From an uncultured Actinomycetota bacterium (GTDB taxonomy: Bacteria > Actinomycetota > Actinomycetes > Mycobacteriales > Mycobacteriaceae), in assembly GCA_963846985.1 (NCBI GenBank), contig CAWJYC010000012.1, positions 106,506-170,505 on the forward strand: a stretch of 64,000 bases of DNA, given 5' to 3'. The notes beneath the pieces were generated by a model. That model saw only the letters and a list, made by a program, of their open reading frames with translations. It did no database searches and was not told the DNA's origin. The translations under genes and the position numbers were made by a program. Within the stretch, counting starts at the first letter, position 1, and every line of letters starts with the position of its first letter. Below are positions 1 to 9,442 of this stretch, piece after piece.

Positions 1-340
1 TCGCCGACACCATCAGGTAGCGGCCCACTCCGGCTGCCTCGGCCGCATCGGCGAGCAGGATCGCAGCGTCGCGGTCGACGGTCGTCTTGCGGTCGATGCC
101 GCTGCCAGGACCTGCTCCGGCCGCGAACACCACGGCGTCGGCACCGGCGAGTCGATCGGCCACCTCGTCGACCGAGGCGTTCTCCAGATCGAGGACGACC
201 GCCTCGGCACCCACGGCCTCGAGGTCGGCGGCCTGCGCCGGATTGCGGATCAGACCCGCTACCGAGTCACCGCGCGCGGCGAGCAACTGTTCGGTGAGCA
301 GGGCGATCTTGCCGTGTCCACCGGCGATGACGACACGCAT
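1..340 (-). CDS. NAD(P)-binding oxidoreductase (atypical SDR), 3' end runs off the window
   Basis: Read manually (not in ORF track): ATG at 340, MRVVIAGGHGKIALL...VVFAAGAGPGSG; Rossmann GxxGxxA motif. Confidence 0.85.
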   Translation of the reverse strand, partial: MRVVIAGGHGKIALLTEQLLAARGDSVAGLIRNPAQAADLEAVGAEAVVLDLENASVDEVADRLAGADAVVFAAGAGPGSGIDRKTTVDRDAAILLADAAEAAGVGRYLMVSA

Positions 341-343
341 CAC

Positions 344-784
344 TCAAGTCCCTTCTGTCGCGAACACCTGCGAATCATCGGCGAATGCCTTGAATTCCAA
401 GGCATTCCCCGCGGGATCGGTGAGAAACATGGTCCACTGCTCACCCGGCTGGCCCTCGAATCTCAGGTGGGGCTCGAGGACGAACTCGGTGCCGCTGCCG
501 CGCAGCCGGTCGGCGAGGCGATGGAATTCGGAGACGGACAGCAGGAGACCGAAGTGCGGCACCGGCACGTCGTGGCCATCGACCGCGTTGTGGGCGCGCG
601 CCGGGGCGGCCGGCGCCAGATGGGTGACGAGTTGGTGGCCCTGCAGGTTCCAGTCGACCCACGACTCCGCGCTACGGCCCTGCGGGAGGTCGAGCACCGT
701 GCCGTAGAAGTGGCGTGCCGTGGCCAGGTCGTCGACGGGTATCGCGAGATGGAAGCGGGGCATGGGGGAGTCCGGGACGCTCAC
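344..784 (-). CDS. VOC/glyoxalase family protein
   Basis: FHLAIPVDDL...HFG...TMFLTDPAGNALEFK motifs. Confidence 0.9.
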   Translation of the reverse strand: MSVPDSPMPRFHLAIPVDDLATARHFYGTVLDLPQGRSAESWVDWNLQGHQLVTHLAPAAPARAHNAVDGHDVPVPHFGLLLSVSEFHRLADRLRGSGTEFVLEPHLRFEGQPGEQWTMFLTDPAGNALEFKAFADDSQVFATEGT

Positions 785-793
785 CCCGCCACG

Positions 794-1627
794 CTATCTC
801 GACTCGAGGAAGGCACCGATCTCGCGGGCGGTCTGCTCGGGCTGGTCGAGCATGATCAGCACGTGCGCGTCGTCGACGTAGCGCAGGGTTGCGTTGGTCA
901 ACTCGGTCAGGCGACGGGCGTGAAGGTCCGGCATGACGGGGTTGTGGCTCCACAGCACCAGGACGTCGCCGTCGAAGCGAGCCAGGCTCTCCGTCGCCCG
1001 CACCAGGTCGTCGTCGTCGAACTTGGTCCGGGCGTACCGGACCAGGTCTCGACGGATTGCCTTGTGTTGCAGGGCATGACCGAACCAGTGATCGACGATG
1101 GGCTGGGGGATCGGCTTCTTGGCCATCATCCCGAACAGAAGGTACCGCCGTCGCATCCAGCCGATGCCGAGTTGGCGCATCGCGATCGACACCGTCAACG
1201 GGCTTCGAGTGACCAGCCAGGTGACCTTGCCGGGGAAGCCCGGCGGGAAGTTCTCGAACGCCTCCGACGGGCAGATGATCAGGCGACCAACGCGCTTGTC
1301 GCGGCCGGTGTCGGTGAGGAAGAGCGGGCCGCCCCAATCGGTGACGACGAGGTCGACGTCGGTGAGGTCGAGCGCATCGAGGAAGTCCGCGACGATGCCC
1401 ACCATGCCGGGCATCGTCAGGTCTGCGTCCGCCCGCATCGGCACCCGGTGTCCGCCCAGGGGAAGGATCGGCAGCAGGTACCGGAAGCCCGATGGCAGCA
1501 GGGGCAGCGTCAGGTCCCATTGGCTGTCATTCATCAGGACGCCGTGCAGGAGCACGACCGGGGGTCCGTCGCGATCGCCCTCGTCGCGGTACTCGATGGT
1601 GCCCGCTGCCAACTCGACCGACTTCAT
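794..1627 (-). CDS. alpha/beta hydrolase
   Basis: PVVLLHG oxyanion motif, TDWGG nucleophile elbow, C-terminal His (DAHVL). Confidence 0.9.
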   Translation of the reverse strand: MKSVELAAGTIEYRDEGDRDGPPVVLLHGVLMNDSQWDLTLPLLPSGFRYLLPILPLGGHRVPMRADADLTMPGMVGIVADFLDALDLTDVDLVVTDWGGPLFLTDTGRDKRVGRLIICPSEAFENFPPGFPGKVTWLVTRSPLTVSIAMRQLGIGWMRRRYLLFGMMAKKPIPQPIVDHWFGHALQHKAIRRDLVRYARTKFDDDDLVRATESLARFDGDVLVLWSHNPVMPDLHARRLTELTNATLRYVDDAHVLIMLDQPEQTAREIGAFLESR

Positions 1628-1641
1628 TCGGCGAACCTTCC

Positions 1642-1673
1642 CTAGAACGGCGATTCTAGAATATATGCTCTAG
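1642..1673. promoter_or_regulatory. Two overlapping palindromes, putative operators of the adjacent TetR
   Basis: CTAGAA-cggcga-TTCTAG (1642-1659) and CTAGA-atatatgc-TCTAG (1656-1673) between divergent hydrolase and TetR genes. Confidence 0.65.
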
Positions 1674-1693
1674 TGTGTCGTCAGGAGGCGAAC

Positions 1694-2308
1694 TTGGCAA
1701 GGTCCACCAGGGAGTCGATTCTCACCGCTGCCGTTGAACTGATGCGCCGCAAGGGTTTCGGCGCCGTTGGGATGAAGGACGTCGTCGCGGCGTCCGGTGC
1801 GCCGATCGGCTCGCTCTACCATCACTTCCCCGGCGGCAAGACGCAGATCGCCAAGGAGGCCCTCGTCAACGCGGGCGCCGCCTACGGCCTGTTGATCCCG
1901 ACGCTCGTCGCCTTCCACGATGACCTCGGAGAGGCGGTCGAGGCGGTGTTCGCGCAGGCCGCGGCCGACATGGCCGACACCGGATTCGCCAACATGTGTC
2001 CGGTCGGGACCGTGGCCGCAGAGGTCGCCGACACCGTGACCGAACTCCGTGAGGCGACGTCGGCGATCTTCGCCGGATGGCTCGACGGCGGGACCGCCTA
2101 CTTTGCGTCCAGGGGTGTTCCCCGGCGGGCGGCCCGCGACCTGACCGTCGCCGTCATCAGCGGGCTCGAAGGCGGGTTCATGCTGGCCCGCACCCTGCGC
2201 GACGTCGAACCCCTGATCGCCGTCGGCAGGGTGCTCGGCCGGCAGTACCGCGGAACGAAGTTGAGCCCAGGCGTGTCCCTACCTGGCACTGTCCCTGCGG
2301 AGCACTAA
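1694..2308 (+). CDS. TetR/AcrR family regulator (LmrA/YxaF-like)
   Basis: HTH ...[16 protein letters not shown]; CPVG motif; TTG start after AGGAGG at 1683-1688. Confidence 0.9.
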   Translation: MARSTRESILTAAVELMRRKGFGAVGMKDVVAASGAPIGSLYHHFPGGKTQIAKEALVNAGAAYGLLIPTLVAFHDDLGEAVEAVFAQAAADMADTGFANMCPVGTVAAEVADTVTELREATSAIFAGWLDGGTAYFASRGVPRRAARDLTVAVISGLEGGFMLARTLRDVEPLIAVGRVLGRQYRGTKLSPGVSLPGTVPAEH

Positions 2309-2311
2309 GGT
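2289..2311 (+). promoter_or_regulatory. RecA-NDp/PafBC-type DNA-damage promoter of ruvC
   Basis: cTGTCcctg-N8-TAAGGT is a partial match to tTGTCRgtg-N8-TAnnnT. Confidence 0.55.
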
Positions 2312-2312
2312 A

Positions 2313-2328
2313 TCGAACAGCTGTTCGG
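2313..2328. promoter_or_regulatory. LexA SOS box upstream of ruvC
   Basis: TCGAAC-AGCT-GTTCGG versus mycobacterial consensus TCGAAC-N4-GTTCGA. Confidence 0.85.
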
Positions 2329-2387
2329 GAACGGGCGGCCTTCACGGTGTGGAGAGCGGAGCGTGGACGTCGGATGGGGAAGTCGCA

Positions 2388-2942
2388 GTGCGTGTGATGG
2401 GCGTCGACCCGGGACTGACGCGATGCGGGCTCTCGGTCATCGAGAGCGGCCGCGGTCGCCAGGTCATTGCGCTGGACGTCGACGTCGTCCGGACGCCGTC
2501 CGATCAGCCGCTGCACAAGCGACTCCTCACCATTAGCGACACCGTCGAGCACTGGTTGGACACTCACCACCCGGACGTGCTCGCCATCGAACGCGTCTTC
2601 GCCAACCAGAACGCCAACACCGCGATGGGCACCGCCCAGGCCGGCGGGGTCATCGCCCTGGCCGCGGCCCGACGAGACATCGACGTGCACTTCCACACGC
2701 CCAGTGAGGTCAAGGCCGCGGTCACCGGGAACGGTCGCGCCGATAAGGCGCAGGTCACCGAGATGGTCACCAGAATCCTTGCGCTGCAGACCAAGCCGAC
2801 ACCGGCCGACGCTGCGGACGCGCTCGCGCTCGCCATCTGCCACTGCTGGCGGGCGCCGATGATCGCCCGCATGGCGGAGGCCGAGGCGGTGGCCGCCGAG
2901 CAGCGCCGCAAGTACGAGGCCAAGCTCAAGGCGGCGACGTGA
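2388..2942 (+). CDS. ruvC: Holliday junction resolvase RuvC
   Basis: [32 protein letters not shown]. Confidence 0.97.
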   Translation: MRVMGVDPGLTRCGLSVIESGRGRQVIALDVDVVRTPSDQPLHKRLLTISDTVEHWLDTHHPDVLAIERVFANQNANTAMGTAQAGGVIALAAARRDIDVHFHTPSEVKAAVTGNGRADKAQVTEMVTRILALQTKPTPADAADALALAICHCWRAPMIARMAEAEAVAAEQRRKYEAKLKAAT

Positions 2943-3529
2943 TCGCCTCGGTTCGCGGCGAAGTGCTCGACATCGCTCTCGATCATGCGGTCATCGAAGC
3001 CGCGGGCGTCGGCTACAAGGTGCTCACCACGCCCACCACGCTGGCGACCTTGAGGCGGGGCGCGGAGGCCCGGCTGATCACCGCGATGATCGTCCGCGAG
3101 GACTCGATGACGCTGTACGGCTTCGCCGACTCGGAGTCGCGCGACCTCTTCACGACGCTGCTGTCCGTCTCCGGCGTCGGCCCGAAGATCGGGCTGGCCA
3201 CGCTTGCGGTATACGACGCCCAGGCCCTGCGCCAGGCGCTGGCCGACGGCGACGTCACCGCGCTCACCCGGGTGCCCGGCATCGGCAAGCGCGGTGCCGA
3301 ACGCCTGGTCCTCGAACTGCGGGACAAGATCGGATCGGTCGCGTCGGCCGGCACCGGGTCCGCGGTCGGCGGCCATGCGGTCCGCGGATTGGTGGTGGAA
3401 GCCCTTGTCGGACTTGGGTTTGCGGCCAAGCAGGCGGAGGAGGCCACCGACCGGGTGCTCGCCGAGGACAGTGAGGCGACGACGTCCAGCGCACTGCGCG
3501 CCGCGCTGTCGATGCTGGGGAAGAAGTAG
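2939..3529 (+). CDS. ruvA: Holliday junction branch migration protein RuvA
   Basis: [32 protein letters not shown]; GTGA overlap with ruvC. Confidence 0.97.
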   Translation: MIASVRGEVLDIALDHAVIEAAGVGYKVLTTPTTLATLRRGAEARLITAMIVREDSMTLYGFADSESRDLFTTLLSVSGVGPKIGLATLAVYDAQALRQALADGDVTALTRVPGIGKRGAERLVLELRDKIGSVASAGTGSAVGGHAVRGLVVEALVGLGFAAKQAEEATDRVLAEDSEATTSSALRAALSMLGKK

Positions 3530-3532
3530 CGC

Positions 3533-4600
3533 GTGGGCCGCTTCGATTCCGACGATCTCGAGGACACCTCCGACCGCGAGGTGTCCGCGGCGCTGACGGT
3601 CGGGGAGGGCGACGTCGACGCCAGCCTCCGACCGCGCTCCCTCAAGGAATTCATCGGCCAACCGCGGGTACGTGAACAACTCCAACTCGTCCTCGAGGGC
3701 GCGAAGAACCGCGGCGGCACGCCCGACCACATCCTGCTGTCGGGTCCCCCCGGGCTGGGCAAGACCTCGCTGGCGATGATCATCGCCGCGGAACTGGGGA
3801 CGTCGCTGCGCCTGACGTCGGGTCCGGCGCTCGAACGCGCGGGTGACCTGGCCGCGATGCTGTCCAACCTCGTCGAGCACGACGTGCTGTTCATCGACGA
3901 GATCCACCGGATCGCGCGGCCGGCCGAGGAGATGCTGTACCTCGCCATGGAGGACTTCCGGGTCGACGTCGTCGTGGGCAAGGGCCCCGGCGCCACGTCC
4001 ATCCCCCTGGAGGTTGCGCCGTTCACGCTGGTCGGAGCAACCACCAGATCCGGCGCGCTGACCGGTCCGCTGCGCGACCGCTTCGGCTTCACCGCCCACA
4101 TGGACTTCTACGAACCGGCCGAATTGGAGCGGGTGCTCGCCAGGTCGGCGGGCATCCTGGGCATCGAGGTCGGCGCGGACGCCGCTGCCGAGATCGCCCG
4201 TCGCTCCCGGGGCACGCCCCGCATCGCCAACCGGCTGCTGCGACGCGTTCGCGACTACGCCGAGGTCCGGGCGGACGGCGTCATCACTCGCGACATCGCC
4301 AAGTCGGCCCTCGCCGTCTACGACGTCGACGAACTCGGACTGGACCGCCTCGACCGGGCGGTGCTCTCGGCACTGACCCGCAGTTTCGGCGGCGGACCCG
4401 TCGGGGTGTCGACGCTCGCGGTGGCCGTCGGCGAAGAAGCCACGACGGTCGAGGAGGTATGCGAGCCATTTCTGGTGCGAGCTGGCATGATCGCCCGCAC
4501 GCCGCGGGGCCGAGTGGCCACCGGCCAGGCCTGGACCCATCTGGGCCTGACACCGCCCAGCGGTGCACCCATCCTGGGGCAGCAGGGCCTGTTCGAATGA
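3533..4600 (+). CDS. ruvB: Holliday junction helicase RuvB
   Basis: [38 protein letters not shown]. Confidence 0.98.
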   Translation: MGRFDSDDLEDTSDREVSAALTVGEGDVDASLRPRSLKEFIGQPRVREQLQLVLEGAKNRGGTPDHILLSGPPGLGKTSLAMIIAAELGTSLRLTSGPALERAGDLAAMLSNLVEHDVLFIDEIHRIARPAEEMLYLAMEDFRVDVVVGKGPGATSIPLEVAPFTLVGATTRSGALTGPLRDRFGFTAHMDFYEPAELERVLARSAGILGIEVGADAAAEIARRSRGTPRIANRLLRRVRDYAEVRADGVITRDIAKSALAVYDVDELGLDRLDRAVLSALTRSFGGGPVGVSTLAVAVGEEATTVEEVCEPFLVRAGMIARTPRGRVATGQAWTHLGLTPPSGAPILGQQGLFE

Positions 4601-4613
4601 CCAAGGGAGTGCG

Positions 4614-5000
4614 ATGATCACCGCCGGTTTGATCTTTGCGGGGCTGGCCGCCGTGCTACACGTCTACATCTGGATTCTCGAGTCGTTCCAGTGGACGGCG
4701 CCACGCACCAGGGCGACGTTCGGAACGACGGCCGAGGAGGCCGAGAGCTCCCAGCTGCTGGCCTTCAACCAGGGCTTCTACAACCTCTTCTTGGCGGTCG
4801 TCACCGTGGTGGGGATCGCATTCACGATTTCGGGCGGCACCCGCGTCGGGGCGGCGTTGCTCTTCGCCGGGGTCGGATCGATGCTGGCCGCCGCCGCCGT
4901 GCTCTTGGCATCGGCGCCGGACAAGGCTCGGTCGGCGGTCGTCCAGGGGACCATGCCGTTGGTGGCGGTCGTACTGCTGGCCATCGGCTTCTCGACGTAG
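4614..5000 (+). CDS. DUF1304-like membrane protein
   Basis: LHVYIWILES...FNQGFYNLFLA...QG; four hydrophobic segments. Confidence 0.85.
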   Translation: MITAGLIFAGLAAVLHVYIWILESFQWTAPRTRATFGTTAEEAESSQLLAFNQGFYNLFLAVVTVVGIAFTISGGTRVGAALLFAGVGSMLAAAAVLLASAPDKARSAVVQGTMPLVAVVLLAIGFST

Positions 5001-6082
5001 TCGTCGCTGGGGCGGCCCACCACGTGCACGCGGTCGCCGCCCGAACGCTTGGCGCGGTACATGGCCCGGTCGGCCGACTCGACGAGGTGGTCGACGTGGG
5101 CGGGTATCTCCCGTGCGGCGACCCGAAACAGCGATTCGCTCGCCACCCCGATGCTGGCGGTCACGCGGGCCGGGGTGTGGGAGATCTCGCGGCGGATCCG
5201 CTCGGCGAGTCCAACCGCGTCGCGGCGGTCGCCCGATAGCGCGACGACGAACTCCTCCCCGCCAATGCGTGCGACCACGGAGTCGCCGCGGCGGGTATGG
5301 CGGAGGATCTCGCCGACGGCCACCAGTGTCTGGTCACCGGCCGCGTGCCCAGCGGTGTCGTTGACCCGCTTGAAGTCGTCCAGGTCGACCATCACCACGG
5401 TCAGATGCGCGGTGCTGACCCGGCTCGACTCGGCGGCGAGGATGCGCACCGACCGTTGGAATGCGCGGCGGTTGGGCAGATCGGTCAGGGGATCGACGTC
5501 GGACTTCTGCGCATCGATGCCGAGGGTGTGCACCAGCACCTGCACGCAGAACGGCACCGCAAGGATGCTGACGAACAGCACCAGCAGCCTGCTGACGGCC
5601 AGGGCGACGTCGCCCGCGGCGGCGATCTCCGCGGCACACGCGAGCGCCGTACCGATTGCGGTGGCCAGGGTGAGCACCAGGTACCGACTGGTGTGGAAGA
5701 ACGCGACATAGCCCGCCAGCGCGGCGAACGCGGTGCAGGTCTGCATTCCCATGCCTGGCCACACGTCCACGAGGCAGACCGTCGCGATCGCGATGTTGGC
5801 CACCACTACGAAGCCGGCGGACTGGTCCCGCGAGGGCCATCGGATCAACCACAGCGTCGCCATGACCGAGCAGCACCCGAAGACCACCACCGACAGCGCA
5901 CGGGTGACGGGTAAATGCGGACCCGCGGGAGTGAACAGCATCAGCAACGGCACCAGACCCAACGCCGCGACGATGGAGGCCATCAAGAGTCGGGTGAAGC
6001 GCTGAAGGTTGCGGACGGCGAGATACGCGGACAGCCATTGATAGTTGTCGGGCTGCCGCCACCACAGGCGAATCCAGTCCAC
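4778..6082 (-). CDS. Membrane-bound diguanylate cyclase (GGDEF)
   Basis: Multi-TM N-terminus; DPLTDLPNRR, DLDDFKRVND, GHAAGD, RIGGEEF, ADRAMYRAK; C-terminal tail overlaps the DUF1304 gene. Confidence 0.9.
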   Translation of the reverse strand: MDWIRLWWRQPDNYQWLSAYLAVRNLQRFTRLLMASIVAALGLVPLLMLFTPAGPHLPVTRALSVVVFGCCSVMATLWLIRWPSRDQSAGFVVVANIAIATVCLVDVWPGMGMQTCTAFAALAGYVAFFHTSRYLVLTLATAIGTALACAAEIAAAGDVALAVSRLLVLFVSILAVPFCVQVLVHTLGIDAQKSDVDPLTDLPNRRAFQRSVRILAAESSRVSTAHLTVVMVDLDDFKRVNDTAGHAAGDQTLVAVGEILRHTRRGDSVVARIGGEEFVVALSGDRRDAVGLAERIRREISHTPARVTASIGVASESLFRVAAREIPAHVDHLVESADRAMYRAKRSGGDRVHVVGRPSDDYVEKPMASSTTATNGMVPWTTADRALSGADAKSTAAAASIDPTPAKSNAAPTRVPPEIVNAIPTTVTTAKKRL

Positions 6083-6464
6083 GTTGCGCGTTTGCCCTTG
6101 CCGTTCGTGTGCCGATGCCGCCCAGGCGTGGTCTTGGCCCGCTGGCGAAACTCCCCTTCACCGGATGGTACAAGACACCTCGGGAGTTTGCCCATGGTCG
6201 ACGGAACTGCCCCCGGCGAGTTGCCCGGCGCGTCGCCGCGAGCCGCCATGCGGAACCGCGACACCGGCCGCTCGGGCGCTGATCAAACCTGCAAGCGAAC
6301 GGTTCTGGGGTTGCCGCACACGCGGCTGGCGACGGCTGGAGATTGGCGGAGGCGAGGTCGGCAGCGCGTGGACGCCCGTACCCCGTGACACGAGCTACCT
6401 TCGCTGGCGTCGCCAGTGCGACCGCCCCGGCGGCGGGCTGCCGGAGACTCCTGCGGTCGCGTCC

Positions 6465-6489
6465 GTTACGACCGTCGCAAGCCGGGTAC
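6465..6489 (+). promoter_or_regulatory. Possible SigF-type promoter
   Basis: GTTA-N15-GGGTAC just upstream of the RBS of the 6515 gene. Confidence 0.35.
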
Positions 6490-6514
6490 CCCCTCGAGCA
6501 CACGCAAGGAGGCG

Positions 6515-7222
6515 ATGATGACGAGAGAAGTGTCAGAAGAGCGCACGGCAGGCGGCAGGATGCGCATCCCGCGCAGCCGCGGCGCCGCCAGTGGACTGCT
6601 GGTGATCCTGCTTGGACTGTGGGGCGCGCTGGTGCCGTTCGTGGGGCCGTCCTTCAGCTTCGCCTACAACCCGGGCGACGGGTCGGCGTGGAGCGCCACC
6701 CGCGGCTGGCTCGAAGTGCTGCCGGGCGTCGTCGCGGTGATCGGTGGGCTTCTCCTGGTGCGCTCTCGCAACCGGGCGACGGCGATGCTCGGCGGCTGGT
6801 TGAGCGTGGCCGCAGGCGCGTGGTTCGTCATCGGTCGCGTGATGGCCACCACCCTGACGATCGGCGAGATCGGCGGTCCCGTGGCCGAGAACGAGATCAA
6901 GGCCGCGTGGCTGGAGCTGACCTACTTCTACGGCCTCGGCGCACTGCTCGTCTTCCTTGGCGCCATCGCGCTGGGCCGGCTGTCGGTCCGCAGTGTCCGT
7001 GACGTCGACTATGCGCAGCGGACGGTGGCGACCCGGCATGCCGATGACGTTGACGACCGCCGGGTAGGCGTCACGGAGCCGATCGGTGAACGAGTGGCCG
7101 ATCCGGCCACCGGACCGGTGCACGACCCGGCTCGCCACCCGGAGGAGCTAGAGCGGCCGCGCCGGAGTTGGCGCAACCCGCTCGGACGACGTCGTCGCGA
7201 CGTGACCACGGTCGCCCGCTGA
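6515..7222 (+). CDS. Conserved actinobacterial membrane protein
   Basis: AAGGAGG RBS; RSRGAASGLLVILLGLWGALVPFVGP, four TM segments. Confidence 0.8.
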   Translation: MMTREVSEERTAGGRMRIPRSRGAASGLLVILLGLWGALVPFVGPSFSFAYNPGDGSAWSATRGWLEVLPGVVAVIGGLLLVRSRNRATAMLGGWLSVAAGAWFVIGRVMATTLTIGEIGGPVAENEIKAAWLELTYFYGLGALLVFLGAIALGRLSVRSVRDVDYAQRTVATRHADDVDDRRVGVTEPIGERVADPATGPVHDPARHPEELERPRRSWRNPLGRRRRDVTTVAR

Positions 7223-7260
7223 GGGCAGTCGCGCCGCCGACGCTCTCGACGGCGTCGTGG

Positions 7261-8601
7261 TCAGAGGTCCTTGAGCACCAGCGCCAGCACGTCGAGACCC
7301 TCTTCGAGCAGTTCGTCGCCGATGGTGAGCGGGGGCAGGAACCTCAGTACGTTGCCGAAGGTGCCGCAGGACAGCACGATCACCCCGGCGGCGTGCGCGC
7401 CGGAACACAGGGCCTTGGTCAGGTCGGGATCCGGTTCCGTGGTGCCCGACTTCACCAGCTCGACGGCGATCATCGCACCGCGGCCGCGGACGTCGCCGAG
7501 GCGGTCGTCGTCGGCCTGTAGGCGCCCGAGGCGTTCCTTCATGAAGGACTCGATCTGACGTGCCCGCTCCACCATCGCGTCGGCCTCGATGGTCTCGATC
7601 GTCGCCAAGGCCGCAGCGCATGCGATCGGGTTGCCGCCATAGGTGCCGCCGAGGCCGCCGATGTGCGGGGAGTCCATGATCTCGGCGCGGCCCGTCACGG
7701 CGGACAGCGGTAGTCCGTCGGCGATGCCCTTCGCGGTGACGATGAGGTCGGGGTCGATGCCGTCGTGCTCGCAGGCGAACATCGCGCCCGTCCTGGCGAA
7801 CCCGGTCTGCACCTCGTCGGCGATGAAGACGACGTCGTTCTTCCGGCACCAATCGAGCAGGGTGGGCAGGAAGCCCTCGGCGGGAACGACGAACCCGCCC
7901 TCGCCCTGGATCGGCTCGATGATGACTGCCGCGAGGTTGCCCGCGCCCACCTGCTTGTCGATGACGGTCAGCGCGCGCTTGGCGGCGAGCTCCCCGTCGG
8001 TGGCGAGTTCCTTGCCGAACTCCGCGTCGCGGTACGGGTAGGACATCGGGGCGCGGTAGATCTCCGACGCGAACGGGCCGAAGCCGTGCTTGTAGGGCAT
8101 CGACTTGGCCGTCAGGGCCATCGTGAGGTTGGTGCGGCCGTGATACGCGTGGTCGAACGCGACGACCGCCTGCTTCCCGGTGTAGGTGCGGGCGATCTTG
8201 ACGGCGTTCTCGACGGCCTCGGAGCCGGAGTTGAACAGGGCCGAGCGGGCCTCGCCGCGGATGGGCGTCAGCCGGTTCAGGTGTTCGCACACCGCGACGT
8301 AGCCCTCGTAGGGCGTGACCATGAAGCAGGTGTGGGTGAAGTTCGCCGCCTGCGCGGCCACGGCTTCCACGACGCGCGGCGAGGCGTTCCCGATCGTGGT
8401 GACCGCGATGCCTGCGCCGAGGTCGATGAGGCGGTTGCCGTCGACGTCCTCGACGATCGCCCCGCCGGCCCGCGCCGCGTAGACCGGCATCGTGGTGCCG
8501 ACCCCGCGCGCGACGGCGCCGCTCTTGCGCTCGGTCAGCGCCTTGCTGTTCGGGCCGGGGATGGCCGTCGCGAGGTGGCGGCTCTGTTCGATGGTGCTCA
8601 C
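7261..8601 (-). CDS. gabT: 4-aminobutyrate aminotransferase
   Basis: Class III aminotransferase motifs NSGSEAVENA, EPIQGEGG, DEVQTGFARTG, AKGIADG; synteny. Confidence 0.93.
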   Translation of the reverse strand: MSTIEQSRHLATAIPGPNSKALTERKSGAVARGVGTTMPVYAARAGGAIVEDVDGNRLIDLGAGIAVTTIGNASPRVVEAVAAQAANFTHTCFMVTPYEGYVAVCEHLNRLTPIRGEARSALFNSGSEAVENAVKIARTYTGKQAVVAFDHAYHGRTNLTMALTAKSMPYKHGFGPFASEIYRAPMSYPYRDAEFGKELATDGELAAKRALTVIDKQVGAGNLAAVIIEPIQGEGGFVVPAEGFLPTLLDWCRKNDVVFIADEVQTGFARTGAMFACEHDGIDPDLIVTAKGIADGLPLSAVTGRAEIMDSPHIGGLGGTYGGNPIACAAALATIETIEADAMVERARQIESFMKERLGRLQADDDRLGDVRGRGAMIAVELVKSGTTEPDPDLTKALCSGAHAAGVIVLSCGTFGNVLRFLPPLTIGDELLEEGLDVLALVLKDL

Positions 8602-8980
8602 GTCATGACTCCTGCAAGAGGGTGGCAGTGCCGGGATGGGACGTTCGAAAGGTCCTCCACAACCCTAGTCGTCGCCGCGGAGGACGTGAACGGAAACGTC
8701 GGTGGGTAGACCTCTGACGGCGGATTGCGTCGGCGAAGAGCTCGACACTCGACGCATTCGGTGGCCGCCGGCGATTCGGCCGGGCGGCAGGATCCCCACC
8801 GCCGGCGCGCTGGGGGCCGGGACCGCCCGCGCAGGCACGTCCTGGACCGTCGTTCGCGACAGGGCCGCTCGGCGGTTCGTCGAGGTGATGGCACACTGGT
8901 CGAACAGACGAAGCGCCCGTGTGACCGCATCCGTGCCGGGGCGCCGTGACCGAATCATCGATACGAAAGTCAGAACTGCC

Positions 8981-9373
8981 ATGGATCTCGCCATCTTCGT
9001 CCCACTGCTCGTCATCATGGGCGCGTTCATGTTCTTCGCGTCCCGCCGGCAGAAGAAGGCCATGCAGGCCACCATCAACCTGCACGACTCGCTGGCCGTC
9101 GGCGACGAGATCATGACCACCGCCGGCCTCTTCGGCACGATCACCGAGGTGTCCGATTCGAAGGTCGACGTCGAGTTGGCTCCCGGCGTCGTCGTCACGA
9201 TGCTCAAGCTCGCCGTCAAGGAGAAGACCTCGGTCGACGACGACGAATACGAGGACGACGAATACGAGGACGACGGCGATGACGCCACCCAGCAGTCGAC
9301 GGCGCAGGAGCTCGACGCGCCCGTCGCCGGCACCGAGGTCACGTCCGACCCGGACCGACTCACCAAAGACTGA
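8981..9373 (+). CDS. yajC: Preprotein translocase subunit YajC
   Basis: Single TM, RRQKK, GDEIMTTAGLFGTI; precedes secD. Confidence 0.93.
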   Translation: MDLAIFVPLLVIMGAFMFFASRRQKKAMQATINLHDSLAVGDEIMTTAGLFGTITEVSDSKVDVELAPGVVVTMLKLAVKEKTSVDDDEYEDDEYEDDGDDATQQSTAQELDAPVAGTEVTSDPDRLTKD

Positions 9374-9442
9374 CGGCTGAGCACACAGCGCAACCACGTA
9401 CTCTTTGCGGGTTGACGTACCGATCTGAGGAGAACCAAGAAC

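Noticed and set aside
2564-4621. 685-aa minus-strand ORF, and similar long ORFs such as 14046-15926, 10115-11371, 37393-38784 and 59310-60704
   Set aside because: Antisense shadows of well-supported genes, typical of high-GC DNA; no recognisable motifs.
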